Positions 19,332-28,627 of a stretch of 64,000 bases of DNA are shown here, in pieces. The DNA lies in the IMG/VR virus record IMGVR_UViG_3300025410_000009; one strand, given 5' to 3'. Source of the DNA: a virus. Its lineage: Duplodnaviria > Caudoviricetes. Position 1 is the stretch's first letter; every line of letters starts with the position of its first letter. Both the position numbers and the translations under genes were made by a program. The notes beneath the pieces are model-generated. The model was not told the DNA's origin and made no database searches. It saw nothing but the letters and a program-made list of their open reading frames with translations.

Positions 19332-20315
19332 TTATGCGCCCGGGCTGTGCAGTACCACCAGCAATGCAGCTATTCTGTCCAGTGCTTCTTGTACTGTGGT
19401 GGGTGGTGTTGAATTCCAAGAACCTGGTGTGCTGGGTGTATACGAAATGGTTCCGTTAGTGGGCACTTCTAATCCGCCATCGGTGTTGAACACCCAACGA
19501 CTATCGCCTGGGTAAACCGAGCTACCAGGGAAAATGGCTATGTTACCGGTTGTGGTGGCCACAGTCATGTCAGTGGAGTTGACATTGATACCAGCACTGG
19601 TTCCACGAGTGGTAGATGGGAATGTGAGTGCACCGTCGGCTCCAAATACCCATGATCCGCCACTGGTGTTGAATACCAAGCCAGCACTGCTAGAGATACC
19701 TGTGACATTGGCCACAAAATTATCGCTGGTGATGACAATGGGGAAGCCGGTGGCATTTTCTGGCCAAGTTCCAGTTAGGGTATACACACCCGAACCCAAT
19801 GCGGTGATACTGGTGATGGTGGCATTGGTAGGACCACCGTTAAAGTCAATATGGAAGTTGGTGGGAGCCGCAGTGATATCGGCTACCTTTTGCGGATCAG
19901 TAATCAACACAAACAGCGAGTTGGTCTGCACACTGGTGTCACCAGTGGCGTTCAAGGCCGCGGTCATGGTCCAACCCACATTGGTATTGGTTATGGTACT
20001 GGCATTTGGTAGAGTAATATTGCCATCTGAATCAAGATACAACTGAGCTGAACCATTGGTCAGCTGATTGGTGGCTGGTGCCACGTTAGATATCAATGTA
20101 GTAACCAGGGCGGGAATATTAGCAGTAATGCCAGCAACCTGTGCTTGGCTGGCCATGAGCCAACCGCCTGGAGTGGCAGCATCTTGTACTCGCAACGACA
20201 TTAGATCACTGTCAACCACTACTTCGCCAATGGGGCCGGTGTAGGCTGATGCCACCGCGGTGTTGCCGCGTTTGAGCAGCACTTGTTGAATTATTAAATG
20301 GTTACTTACGGTCAT
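19332..20315 (-). CDS. Virion fibre-like protein with Mtd_N/hyaluronidase-like N-terminus
   Basis: LLKRG...GPIGEVVVDSDLMSLRVQDAATPGG; repeated WxFxxDGxLxxP units. Confidence 0.6.
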   Translation of the reverse strand: MTVSNHLIIQQVLLKRGNTAVASAYTGPIGEVVVDSDLMSLRVQDAATPGGWLMASQAQVAGITANIPALVTTLISNVAPATNQLTNGSAQLYLDSDGNITLPNASTITNTNVGWTMTAALNATGDTSVQTNSLFVLITDPQKVADITAAPTNFHIDFNGGPTNATITSITALGSGVYTLTGTWPENATGFPIVITSDNFVANVTGISSSAGLVFNTSGGSWVFGADGALTFPSTTRGTSAGINVNSTDMTVATTTGNIAIFPGSSVYPGDSRWVFNTDGGLEVPTNGTISYTPSTPGSWNSTPPTTVQEALDRIAALLVVLHSPGA

Positions 20316-20803
20316 ATGGTGCCTGCATCAATGGTGTATACTGTGGTATCTTTTACGTTTGCAGTAGAATAATAAGCTGGTAGCACTTCTACTTCTAGTG
20401 GAACTCCGTAGTTGGCATCGGTGTACATGGGACGCTCGGTGTTGTTGCTGGAGTTAATGATCTTGAATGTGATTTGATAAAATCTCAAATCTAAAATATC
20501 CAAGGTGGTTCTTGGTATTGTGAAATAGCCAGCACCGTGAATGATGTCGCTCCAGACCACTGGAAAAGTTTCTATAGTACTTTCAATGGTGGAATCTTGT
20601 ATGGCAGCTTCCACTCTAAAATTGGTGACGTTCAAGGGTTTTTGATCTTGGTTTCTCACGCTTACTACTATAGGATTGTCAATTCCTTGGTATATTTTTA
20701 TGGGGCGTACATACACAGCTCTGTTCCTTACGGTGTAGATTCCAGTGTCCAAAATTTGAATGTCCACTGTTTGGTTATATAAATAAGTTTGGATGGAAAT
20801 CAT
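20312..20803 (-). CDS. Hypothetical beta-rich protein (baseplate/fibre-associated)
   Basis: IYQGIDNPIVVSVRNQDQKPL; coupled to the fibre gene. Confidence 0.5.
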   Translation of the reverse strand: MISIQTYLYNQTVDIQILDTGIYTVRNRAVYVRPIKIYQGIDNPIVVSVRNQDQKPLNVTNFRVEAAIQDSTIESTIETFPVVWSDIIHGAGYFTIPRTTLDILDLRFYQITFKIINSSNNTERPMYTDANYGVPLEVEVLPAYYSTANVKDTTVYTIDAGTI

Positions 20804-20827
20804 TATAACCTATTTATCCTATTGACT

Positions 20828-21205
20828 GTGCAAGAACAAGACATAAAAAAACTGCTGGATCAATACCCCTTTATTAGCTACCTAACATATGGCGGTAATG
20901 ACTATATTGGCATCATACAAAACGTAGACGATATCATTACCACCATCTACGACTATGGCGTACTCAAGACCGAAGAGCAAAAATTAAGATTTTTGGCCCT
21001 GGGCGATCAATGGTGGTGGGAAAGCAATCGTCTTATTCCCATCAATGTGTTTTTAAAAGCCGACTGGGCCGAGTTTAGAATCTCGTTAAAAACCATGAAC
21101 AGTCGAGATGTAAAAATACAGTTTGGCCCGCACGTGAGTCTTAAAGAAATTGCTGCCAAACGAACCAAACGCAGATCAATAACTCTAGTTAGAAAGATCG
21201 CTTAA
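20828..21205 (+). CDS. Hypothetical protein on the opposite strand
   Basis: TAAATA at 20780-20785; probable GTG start (the track uses TTG at 20789). Confidence 0.6.
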   Translation: MQEQDIKKLLDQYPFISYLTYGGNDYIGIIQNVDDIITTIYDYGVLKTEEQKLRFLALGDQWWWESNRLIPINVFLKADWAEFRISLKTMNSRDVKIQFGPHVSLKEIAAKRTKRRSITLVRKIA

Positions 21206-21766
21206 CAGATTCATGTGCACCACCACTAGGTGTGCATAGGCCACGCCGTGAGCCTTTTTAAAATAATACACATCATCACTGGGTCTGTCCCACACAGTCT
21301 TGGCCACTGTGCTCCAAGTTTCCCCGATTAAATAACGCTTGGCTGGTCGCATCACAGCCAAGAACATGGCCATTCTAGGTATGCTGTTTACAGCTTCGGG
21401 CATGCGAATCAAGGTGTCGTAGTGGTTACCAATGTGTATGACCTGTTGGCAAAACTCTGGTTCATATAGCCTATCCCAAGCTGGTTCACGCCGCATCAGC
21501 TCTTCAAGATGCTGCTCGTTTTTGACTTGACTGTACACACCCACATTGAGAAAATCCAACTTGATGTAGCCGCGATCTTCAGCTTCACGATAGTCAATGG
21601 TGGATGTACGACTCACGGGATTGTGTGGAATGTCAGTGAAATAAACCCCAGTATTATGACGAGTCATTTCGCCATTGCGTACAATGACCGCATCTGTGTG
21701 TGGCACAAGGTTTAATATCTGTTGTCGATCACCAAAGTCGATATCAATGTCACTGCGAAATTTCAT
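21185..21766 (-). CDS. Minimal DNA polymerase III alpha (DnaE)-like catalytic core, 193 aa
   Basis: SDIDIDF, HNTGVYF, YIKLDFL, AVMRPA, YFKKAHGVAYA in the same order as DnaE motifs. Confidence 0.8.
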   Translation of the reverse strand: MKFRSDIDIDFGDRQQILNLVPHTDAVIVRNGEMTRHNTGVYFTDIPHNPVSRTSTIDYREAEDRGYIKLDFLNVGVYSQVKNEQHLEELMRREPAWDRLYEPEFCQQVIHIGNHYDTLIRMPEAVNSIPRMAMFLAVMRPAKRYLIGETWSTVAKTVWDRPSDDVYYFKKAHGVAYAHLVVVHMNLLSDLSN

Positions 21767-21999
21767 AGGTATTGTGCCCAACGTAAAGCAAATAGTGTGG
21801 CATACGAGTCATTGACACCGTAGAATCTAAAACGCACCTCCTGCGATTTGGGTATAAACGACCAATCGTAGTCCTGATCAGGTACCATGCCCTGTTCCTT
21901 GCACCATCTACTGATCTCAGCACCCAAGGTGGCACGCCAACCCAAGATGCCCATACCATCGGGACGCACCTGATCCAGTTTCAATGTCATGCTGATCAT
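21763..21999 (-). CDS. Hypothetical protein
   Basis: 78-aa ORF overlapping both neighbours. Confidence 0.5.
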   Translation of the reverse strand: MISMTLKLDQVRPDGMGILGWRATLGAEISRWCKEQGMVPDQDYDWSFIPKSQEVRFRFYGVNDSYATLFALRWAQYL

Positions 22000-22763
22000 A
22001 AACCGGCTGCCTGCAGTATTTCTTTGACCCAGTCAACATCTGCGGCATAGTGATGGAAACGATCAAACCAATAAGCAGGATCAATTTGTGGTAGTATCAA
22101 CTCGGATTGATCTGCACTAAGCTGTTCGAGGAATTCAATTCCACTAGTGCAGTTATAACACACCCACGGACTAATTCGTCCTGTGGAGATATGGTGTATA
22201 ACACGATTGGTATTGCCGTAGCGAAAATAATCGTTAAAGCCATTCTTAAGTTCTGGATGATGGTCTGCATAGTTTTGCATCTCCTTTAGGGCACGTTCAA
22301 GTGCATCTTGCACTGGTTCTCGTCGTATGTAGTCGGCAAGCCATTCTGAATAATAGCTGTCACGGCACCACTGATCCAATTTCTTGTTGTTCTTGAGCAA
22401 CCAATTACAATAGTCTCGAGCATTGACAGCACGTACATCCACCATGTACCTGCCAAATCGCACAAACGCTGTGTAATAGGAACTGGCTGCAAAATCAGCA
22501 TAGGTCTTGCTCTTGGTTGATCCCTGTGTCAGCTCGTAAAAACGTAGATAACTTTGGAATCCAATTTGAACACCAACTTCTTTTTCCTGTTGCCAACGAC
22601 GTTTGCTTTCGCACTGATGCGCTGCCAAAGTGGATTCTTTGGCAAATGTGCGCTCGCAGTAGCGACACTTATAGTTCGGCTTTGATTCGCTTGTCGTCCC
22701 AGCCGAATTCTCTAGCCAGATTTTTAAGATCGTCTCGGGTGTTGATTTGTTCAAGTAATTCAA
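21996..22763 (-). CDS. Zinc-finger protein (start uncertain: TTG at 22763 or ACG at 22697)
   Basis: CRYCERTFAKESTLAAHQC C2H2-like finger. Confidence 0.7.
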   Translation of the reverse strand: MNYLNKSTPETILKIWLENSAGTTSESKPNYKCRYCERTFAKESTLAAHQCESKRRWQQEKEVGVQIGFQSYLRFYELTQGSTKSKTYADFAASSYYTAFVRFGRYMVDVRAVNARDYCNWLLKNNKKLDQWCRDSYYSEWLADYIRREPVQDALERALKEMQNYADHHPELKNGFNDYFRYGNTNRVIHHISTGRISPWVCYNCTSGIEFLEQLSADQSELILPQIDPAYWFDRFHHYAADVDWVKEILQAAGL

Positions 22764-23136
22764 TCTCGTTGGGTCTCAAATTGGGGTACAGTTCAGTCAA
22801 GAACTTTTTTGCCTTGTTGTCGCCTTCTTTCTTTTTGCCAGCCAACCAGTAATGCCGTTGCAGTCCCAGGCCCGGGCTGGCAGTTGTACACACCAACCAC
22901 TGCAGTTTTTTGTGTTGCGAAGTACTTATATCAAAAAAGTTCTTGTTTACACGTTCGTTAGTGGCACGTAGATACCACTCTTGCATGGCTGGATCACCAT
23001 CTACTGATGCACTATAACGCAACATCAAGTAAGGACTAAACTTCTTACGTTCCTCGTCAGTGAGACTGTCGTAAAAGCCCACATCCTTGCGATCCAGAGC
23101 CGCTGTTTCACTTTTGACTGTTAATTTATCACTCAT
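22669..23136 (-). CDS. Clamp loader small subunit (T4 gp62-like)
   Basis: FSPYLMLRYSAS...NERVN, helical, replication-gene context. Confidence 0.55.
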   Translation of the reverse strand: MSDKLTVKSETAALDRKDVGFYDSLTDEERKKFSPYLMLRYSASVDGDPAMQEWYLRATNERVNKNFFDISTSQHKKLQWLVCTTASPGLGLQRHYWLAGKKKEGDNKAKKFLTELYPNLRPNEIELLEQINTRDDLKNLAREFGWDDKRIKAEL

Positions 23137-23413
23137 CGCTGGGTGTCAATCCGTTGCTGTGTCGATCGTTAGGAGTATCAACATCTTGGAACAGGCGTTT
23201 TTCTTGCTGTGTTAATTCTTTAAATGTCTTACGAGGATTGCTACATAACACGCATTTTGGATCACCGCAATTCATGGCATGATGTTTGGCAAACTTGTGT
23301 GGCTCTTTCACAGTCATACCATGCTCTTTTGCAATCTTGGTCTGCTTCTTGACAGCGTTTTCGTCTTTTTGCAGACGTTTAGAGTGCTTGAATTTGTCTT
23401 GTTCAGTGCTCAT
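23129..23413 (-). CDS. Hypothetical basic protein with H/C motif
   Basis: KHHAMNCGDPKCVLCSNPRK. Confidence 0.6.
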   Translation of the reverse strand: MSTEQDKFKHSKRLQKDENAVKKQTKIAKEHGMTVKEPHKFAKHHAMNCGDPKCVLCSNPRKTFKELTQQEKRLFQDVDTPNDRHSNGLTPSDE

Positions 23414-23421
23414 GATTACTC

Positions 23422-23706
23422 CTATACTGGATGATGTTCGACATTGTTTTCTTGTTCTAACAAACGATAAAACATTATAACACGTTCCAGCTCTTCACGC
23501 AAGCCTTCATGTTCAAGTGCCATACGACGAATGTCGCCCCAGAGTTTATCTTCTTTCAAGTGGTCGTACAATGGGCGACCATCACGGGTTCTAGCGTCCC
23601 AACCGATTGCGACTCGGGTACTGGGATCACTGCCTTGCTCACGTGCATAGGTTACATCGCCCACACGTTCGTACACGTATATTGCACCATGTTTAAGATT
23701 GCCCAT
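23422..23706 (-). CDS. Hypothetical protein
   Basis: 94-aa ORF in an operon chain. Confidence 0.55.
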   Translation of the reverse strand: MGNLKHGAIYVYERVGDVTYAREQGSDPSTRVAIGWDARTRDGRPLYDHLKEDKLWGDIRRMALEHEGLREELERVIMFYRLLEQENNVEHHPV

Positions 23707-23707
23707 A

Positions 23708-24214
23708 TCACCACGCCTTGCTGAAATCTACCACTTCACTGACCCTGCTGATTTCTTTCACACAATACACACACAGGCTGCCTGGTGTGTTGGCCTCAAG
23801 TGGTATGGCCAACATCTGCCCGGGCTTGAGTTTGGGGAAATACCATTTGACATCTTGATAGATGTCCAATATTTCGATGGGGAAGAACTCGGGTTTGAAA
23901 CTGCTGATAGGGTTAAATGCAAATGCACTAAATCCACGATCGTTTATGCTGGTAAACGGCACAACCTCCAAGTCACCTAGATCTTTCTCGCCAATCAGGA
24001 TCTGCCAGTCCACTGGCATTTTGATGGTGTGTTCGCCAATCTTTAACACCAAGGCCGGACTGTTAAAACTTTCCAAAAAGATCAAGGGAATGTAAAAGTA
24101 ATCGGGTTCCTTGGGGTTACTGTTGTCCAGTACACAAAAGCGCATGTCCTCGACTTCATCGGGGATCTCGCTCATTTCATATGCTGTATTGTTGTCTAAA
24201 ATTAATATACGCAT
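23708..24214 (-). CDS. Hypothetical protein downstream of uvsW
   Basis: 168-aa ORF abutting the UvsW stop. Confidence 0.6.
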   Translation of the reverse strand: MRILILDNNTAYEMSEIPDEVEDMRFCVLDNSNPKEPDYFYIPLIFLESFNSPALVLKIGEHTIKMPVDWQILIGEKDLGDLEVVPFTSINDRGFSAFAFNPISSFKPEFFPIEILDIYQDVKWYFPKLKPGQMLAIPLEANTPGSLCVYCVKEISRVSEVVDFSKAW

Positions 24215-25687
24215 TTATTGCCACTCCACTTTCTCAATTGTGAAAGGGTAGCTGGCCTCCTTGTAAAAACTTTTTCTTTTGGTCAAGTGACGTTTGGCAA
24301 ACTTGCAGGTGCTGGTTATGTCCCAGATTTGTACAAAGTCCTTGTCTTCCGCTTTTCTAATACCTCGCCCAATACTTTGTATAACTCGTGTAAAGCTCTT
24401 TCCGGGTTCCACAAGAACCAAATTAAAAATACGTGGGATATTAATACCCACAGCGGCAACGCCATAAGTCGCCACAATAATTTTGTCACTACTGATTGCC
24501 ACTTCGTCATATTCGGCCTTTCGGTCGGCGGCCTTGGTGCCACCAGAAACAAAAACTGCTCGGTCACCCAAATACGATGTCAGCAGTTTGCCACTGGCAA
24601 TTCGGTCTACCAAGACCAAGGTGTTACCATTTTCGTTTACACGCAGAATCATACCGGCCAAATGCGCCACACGGGCATCGGTCTCGACTAGATATTTTAG
24701 TTCAGTTTGGTAGTTGTTGTATTCCACATGATCCACCAATTGCAAGATGTTGACATGGCAGTTGGCCAAGTGACCAGCATCCTGTAGATCCTTGGCTGCA
24801 AGGCGTCCCACAATGGTACCCAGACTACAAAAGATAGCATGGTATGCATAATCTTCTTTGGGTATGGTTCCAGTCAGACCCCAACGTATGGGTATACGTG
24901 CCATGACACCGGTCAGCAGAGTTTTCAGTGCATCGGCCTTGGCCATGTGTACTTCGTCCACAATCACACACACCACATCTTGCAAGAATTCGCCAATTGT
25001 GATATCGGCATCATGACTCTGTGATTGTTTGAGCAAGATGTTGAGACTTTGCCAAGTGCATATGGTGTGTGTGCGACCAAACTCTTTACGATCGCCAAAA
25101 TATACACCAGTATCCAGTCCCATGTTTTTGTAGTCGGCTTCGGTTTGTGTCACTAGACTCTTGTTGGGCACAATGACCAAGCTACGACCATGCGGTTCCA
25201 CACTTGCGCTAAGAGCCGCGGTCATGAGAGTTTTGCCAGCACCAGTGGCAATTTCCTGCAGGCTTTGTGGATTGCTTAGAAAGTTATTGATCAACTCAAC
25301 TTGGTAATCACGTATCATGATGGGCTGGCCCGCACGAGGATGCCCGGGAGGCCAAACACGATCAGCAAATGTGTTTTCATCTACAGGATCAAATGTGTAA
25401 TTGGTCTTGTAGTTGCGTTGATCATCAATGTCAATGTCGTAGCCGGCATTGTCTAGATAGGTCAAGATCTCGGGCAAGAGATTTATGTAGGTGCTACCAC
25501 TCAGCTGAAAGTATGATACTTTGCCGTCCCAGCGTCCTAGTCGCACACTGGGTTGATATCTAGCTCCAGGAATTTCAAATTTGAATTTGTTAACTAGATT
25601 TTTACGATCGACTAGTTCAAGTCCTTCAATTTTTACATTCACTTCATCACGTATTACAAGATTAGCCTGCAATTGTTTTAGCCCCAC
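24215..25687 (-). CDS. uvsW: UvsW-like SF2 DNA helicase
   Basis: RDYQ, IATGAGKT, IVDEVH, GLTGT, QSIGRGIR. Confidence 0.9.
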   Translation of the reverse strand: MGLKQLQANLVIRDEVNVKIEGLELVDRKNLVNKFKFEIPGARYQPSVRLGRWDGKVSYFQLSGSTYINLLPEILTYLDNAGYDIDIDDQRNYKTNYTFDPVDENTFADRVWPPGHPRAGQPIMIRDYQVELINNFLSNPQSLQEIATGAGKTLMTAALSASVEPHGRSLVIVPNKSLVTQTEADYKNMGLDTGVYFGDRKEFGRTHTICTWQSLNILLKQSQSHDADITIGEFLQDVVCVIVDEVHMAKADALKTLLTGVMARIPIRWGLTGTIPKEDYAYHAIFCSLGTIVGRLAAKDLQDAGHLANCHVNILQLVDHVEYNNYQTELKYLVETDARVAHLAGMILRVNENGNTLVLVDRIASGKLLTSYLGDRAVFVSGGTKAADRKAEYDEVAISSDKIIVATYGVAAVGINIPRIFNLVLVEPGKSFTRVIQSIGRGIRKAEDKDFVQIWDITSTCKFAKRHLTKRKSFYKEASYPFTIEKVEWQ

Positions 25688-26834
25688 CGAATGTGGATCC
25701 GGTATAATAAATTACTTTTTCAGCTTGCTGAAGCATGTGTTGTTTCTCCGATCCGTGTAGCATGGCATGAGTACTTATCAGTAATGGAATACGATGTTCC
25801 CATGTGCGCTTTAATTTATTTAAGTATACACACCTTGCACCTGCAAAGTCAATGGTTTTTGTAAATTTTTTATCCGTGGTGTCGTAGAAATCCTTGGGAG
25901 CAAACATGGCCCGAGCAGTATCTCTTAGCCGATTGCTGGCATCGGGTTCGTAGATGTATATTGGCCAACGTCGAGTCAGTGTAGCATATTCTACCATGGT
26001 TTCTAACATGACTGCACCATCATCGTAGGGATCGTGTCGTGTCCAGTGGCCATGGAAATTTTGAATCAAGTCCACAGTGATGGGTCGATGTTGCTGTTCT
26101 AGACTCTGCAGAATTGATGGGTGTACTGTATAGCCCAACAAGGCCGAATTGTCCACAAGACTCAGCAGGTTATCGGCATGCACGCCACCCAAATTATCTT
26201 CTATGTATTGATACAACGATGATTCTGCATTGGTGATGGTGATGCCTTGGTCGGTAGGCTCTAACTGTATGCGGTATTCGGTCTGTTCGCACTCGGTAAT
26301 CAATTTCATGAGTTGACTGACCTCAGGGGCAATTTCAAATTGATTCGCTTGCCCAAATGCAACAGCCCAACTCACATTGTATTCAGATAAATCCAGTATC
26401 CAAAGTTTGTCATCACGATCGAATTTGAACCGGCCCTGGCTCATTTTGGCGTCGGCTGTGATTGCAGTAATTAGATTTTTCTCATAGGCAAATTTCAGCA
26501 CAAGATTGCCGTTATCAATATAAATGCGGCGGCTGCGATCTACCGTGCGTAGTGGTAGTCTAAATTTTGGATTTGTGATATGATCAGACACATCTAGGCC
26601 GTATGCCAGTAGTTGTCTCCGGTATTTGATCACTATTTTGTGCGCCAGTTCACCCTGTCGATCAGTCAAGGGTTTACCATTCAAGGCCTGTACTGCTAGG
26701 CTTTCGGTCACATTGACATCGTAACGAGCCAATCGTATTTCAGTGCCTGCAGGAACTGCTACATTGAGCTTTACTGTAAAACCAGCAATTAACTCAAGGT
26801 AATCCTCAATGAATGGCAAAGATTTTAAAGACAT
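25662..26834 (-). CDS. Hypothetical protein
   Basis: 390-aa ORF overlapping the uvsW start. Confidence 0.6.
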   Translation of the reverse strand: MSLKSLPFIEDYLELIAGFTVKLNVAVPAGTEIRLARYDVNVTESLAVQALNGKPLTDRQGELAHKIVIKYRRQLLAYGLDVSDHITNPKFRLPLRTVDRSRRIYIDNGNLVLKFAYEKNLITAITADAKMSQGRFKFDRDDKLWILDLSEYNVSWAVAFGQANQFEIAPEVSQLMKLITECEQTEYRIQLEPTDQGITITNAESSLYQYIEDNLGGVHADNLLSLVDNSALLGYTVHPSILQSLEQQHRPITVDLIQNFHGHWTRHDPYDDGAVMLETMVEYATLTRRWPIYIYEPDASNRLRDTARAMFAPKDFYDTTDKKFTKTIDFAGARCVYLNKLKRTWEHRIPLLISTHAMLHGSEKQHMLQQAEKVIYYTGSTFGGAKTIAG

Positions 26835-26847
26835 GAAGTTGGCACAC

Positions 26848-27090
26848 TTACTTACCGTTTTCTCGAAGTTGTTTAGATAACAAGGTCAATTGCTCGATCA
26901 TGTTATCACACCCACATTGGTTCATGCTTAATCTTGTGTGACCAATTTGTAGCACAATGCGCTGTGCACCGATGCCAAGGAAGTAACAGACTTTGTCATC
27001 GTCTTCTTCCTTGGATTTGGTCTGGGCTTGATCGATAAAGGGTGTGGTTTCAGGCATGTGGATCTCGGATCGATCAAAAAAGTTAAACAT
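26848..27090 (-). CDS. Hypothetical protein
   Basis: 80-aa ORF whose start overlaps the upstream stop. Confidence 0.5.
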   Translation of the reverse strand: MFNFFDRSEIHMPETTPFIDQAQTKSKEEDDDKVCYFLGIGAQRIVLQIGHTRLSMNQCGCDNMIEQLTLLSKQLRENGK

Positions 27091-27205
27091 GGTTGTACTC
27101 TACTAGATGGTATTGACTATAGGGATACTGCGTCTGCAACCACTCCAGCATGCCGGGTTCGTTGGGTATGACCACCGAGTGGTATTTGTTTGTTATGTAT
27201 CTCAT
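27083..27205 (-). CDS. Small hypothetical protein (40 aa, MRYITNKYHSVVIP...)
   Basis: Read manually; ATGA overlap with the upstream gene. Confidence 0.5.
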   Translation of the reverse strand: MRYITNKYHSVVIPNEPGMLEWLQTQYPYSQYHLVEYNHV

Positions 27206-27381
27206 TTGTGCACATTTACGGAACTTTTAAAAAGTCCGCCCAAGATGACCATGGCGGCCCAAGTCTCTAATGTGTAAGGAATGGCCAATGCCGGAAACAG
27301 AGTGTTCAAGGCCCACACAGTCAAGAAAGGTCCAATAACGATCAGTGCCAAGATCACAACTGCAAAAATAACAACTTTCAT
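27202..27381 (-). CDS. Small membrane protein (59 aa, MKVVIFAVVILALIVIGP...)
   Basis: Read manually; AAAGGA RBS; two hydrophobic helices. Confidence 0.6.
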   Translation of the reverse strand: MKVVIFAVVILALIVIGPFLTVWALNTLFPALAIPYTLETWAAMVILGGLFKSSVNVHK

Positions 27382-27494
27382 GATACGTCCTTTACGCCAA
27401 TGCCAACAAAATAACTATAAATGCCAGGACAGGATGTCCCGCGAACAATGCAAACAATGCAAATACGGTACCGTAAAACATCCTATCGTCCATG

Positions 27495-28523
27495 TCAAGC
27501 AGCCTTCATACATGTAGTAGCAGCCATCACTTTCCATTTCAACGGAAAGCTCTTACGCAAGTCTGCAATCTTGAGAGCCATACGCAGACTCATTTCACGC
27601 AAACGATTTTGGTTGTCGCTCATGAAATCAATGATCTCGTCTTGCACACACTTCTCAAAATCGTAGCCGTTAAACAACTCACCGTCTTCGGCAATTTGTT
27701 TGATACGCAACACCTTGTCACGCATGGTGTCAAGTGTCAGGTCAAGATAGTGACAGCGTGACTGCAGTGCATCCAAGTGATCACGCAATTTCTGCGATTT
27801 CATTTGATCAAACTTCAAGTTGGTAATAAAGATTACCGAGCCCTTGAACTCAAATTGATCTGGGATGCCTTCGCGACGCAGAGCCGAGCTCTCGCTCAAC
27901 CAAGAAATTTTGCGTTTCTTGCCTGAGTCCAGTGCACCTTTTAACAAGTTCAAGCACACATCATCCAGCAAGATGCTGTCGCAGTCGTCAAACACCAACA
28001 CACAATTGGCATCGCTGTACTTGTACAGGGCTTGGTACAAGCCGATGGGAGTAGCCGAACCTTTGACCACTTCAGCACGAAGTTTGCGTCCAGCAATGGT
28101 GTCAAACAAGGTGGCTTTTTCAATTTCCAACTCAACACCAAAGCTCTTGCCGACACCGGGTGGGCCCGACACAATCATGGCGCGGATGTCGCCTGTGGTG
28201 GCAGCTTGAGTCATCTCGGTCAAGATCTCAAAACGTTCACGGATACGAGCCATAACTTGCTCGTCAGTTTCAATATTTGTCATTTCAGTCACTTTTGGTT
28301 TAGTGTCAGTCGCTGTACCTTCAGCAACAAATTCATATGCGGCCACACCGTCTACATTGATGCGAATCTCTTCGGGCATGCCAGGGAATTGTCCGGTGTT
28401 GCGAACTGTAACAAATTGTTTCTTAGCAGTACGCTGAAACTGTTGCACCAATTCAAACACCATGTTGTCGGCGGGTTGATTACGGTATGTACCTTTTTTA
28501 ATACGTACTGTTGCCTGGGACAT
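27495..28523 (-). CDS. AAA+ ATPase
   Basis: SGPPGVGKS Walker A, VLVFDDCD Walker B, FITN sensor, ALQSRC arginine finger; start MSQATV after AAGGAG. Confidence 0.85.
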   Translation of the reverse strand: MSQATVRIKKGTYRNQPADNMVFELVQQFQRTAKKQFVTVRNTGQFPGMPEEIRINVDGVAAYEFVAEGTATDTKPKVTEMTNIETDEQVMARIRERFEILTEMTQAATTGDIRAMIVSGPPGVGKSFGVELEIEKATLFDTIAGRKLRAEVVKGSATPIGLYQALYKYSDANCVLVFDDCDSILLDDVCLNLLKGALDSGKKRKISWLSESSALRREGIPDQFEFKGSVIFITNLKFDQMKSQKLRDHLDALQSRCHYLDLTLDTMRDKVLRIKQIAEDGELFNGYDFEKCVQDEIIDFMSDNQNRLREMSLRMALKIADLRKSFPLKWKVMAATTCMKAA

Positions 28524-28553
28524 TCTAGACTCCTTGTTGCTAAACATGTATGT

Positions 28554-28582
28554 ATTATAGCGGGTTTTTACGGTGTTGTCAA
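28554..28582 (-). promoter_or_regulatory. Consensus sigma70 (early) promoter
   Basis: TTGACA-17 nt-TATAAT. Confidence 0.9.
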
Positions 28583-28627
28583 GCCCAAAAAGCCAGATTT
28601 TTTGTTGTTTTTTTACAACATTTTGGG

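Noticed and set aside
8046-20315. Diversity-generating retroelement suggested by two Mtd_N-like fibre proteins
   Set aside because: No reverse transcriptase and no template/variable repeat pair visible in the window.
21185-21766. Treating the mini-DnaE as a pseudogene fragment
   Set aside because: All catalytic motifs are retained with internal compaction rather than truncation, and its start overlaps the upstream stop as in an expressed operon.
23708-24214. Stand-alone Hint/intein-like domain
   Set aside because: Only a vague beta-strand resemblance; no N-terminal Cys/Ser, no block B His and no C-terminal His-Asn.
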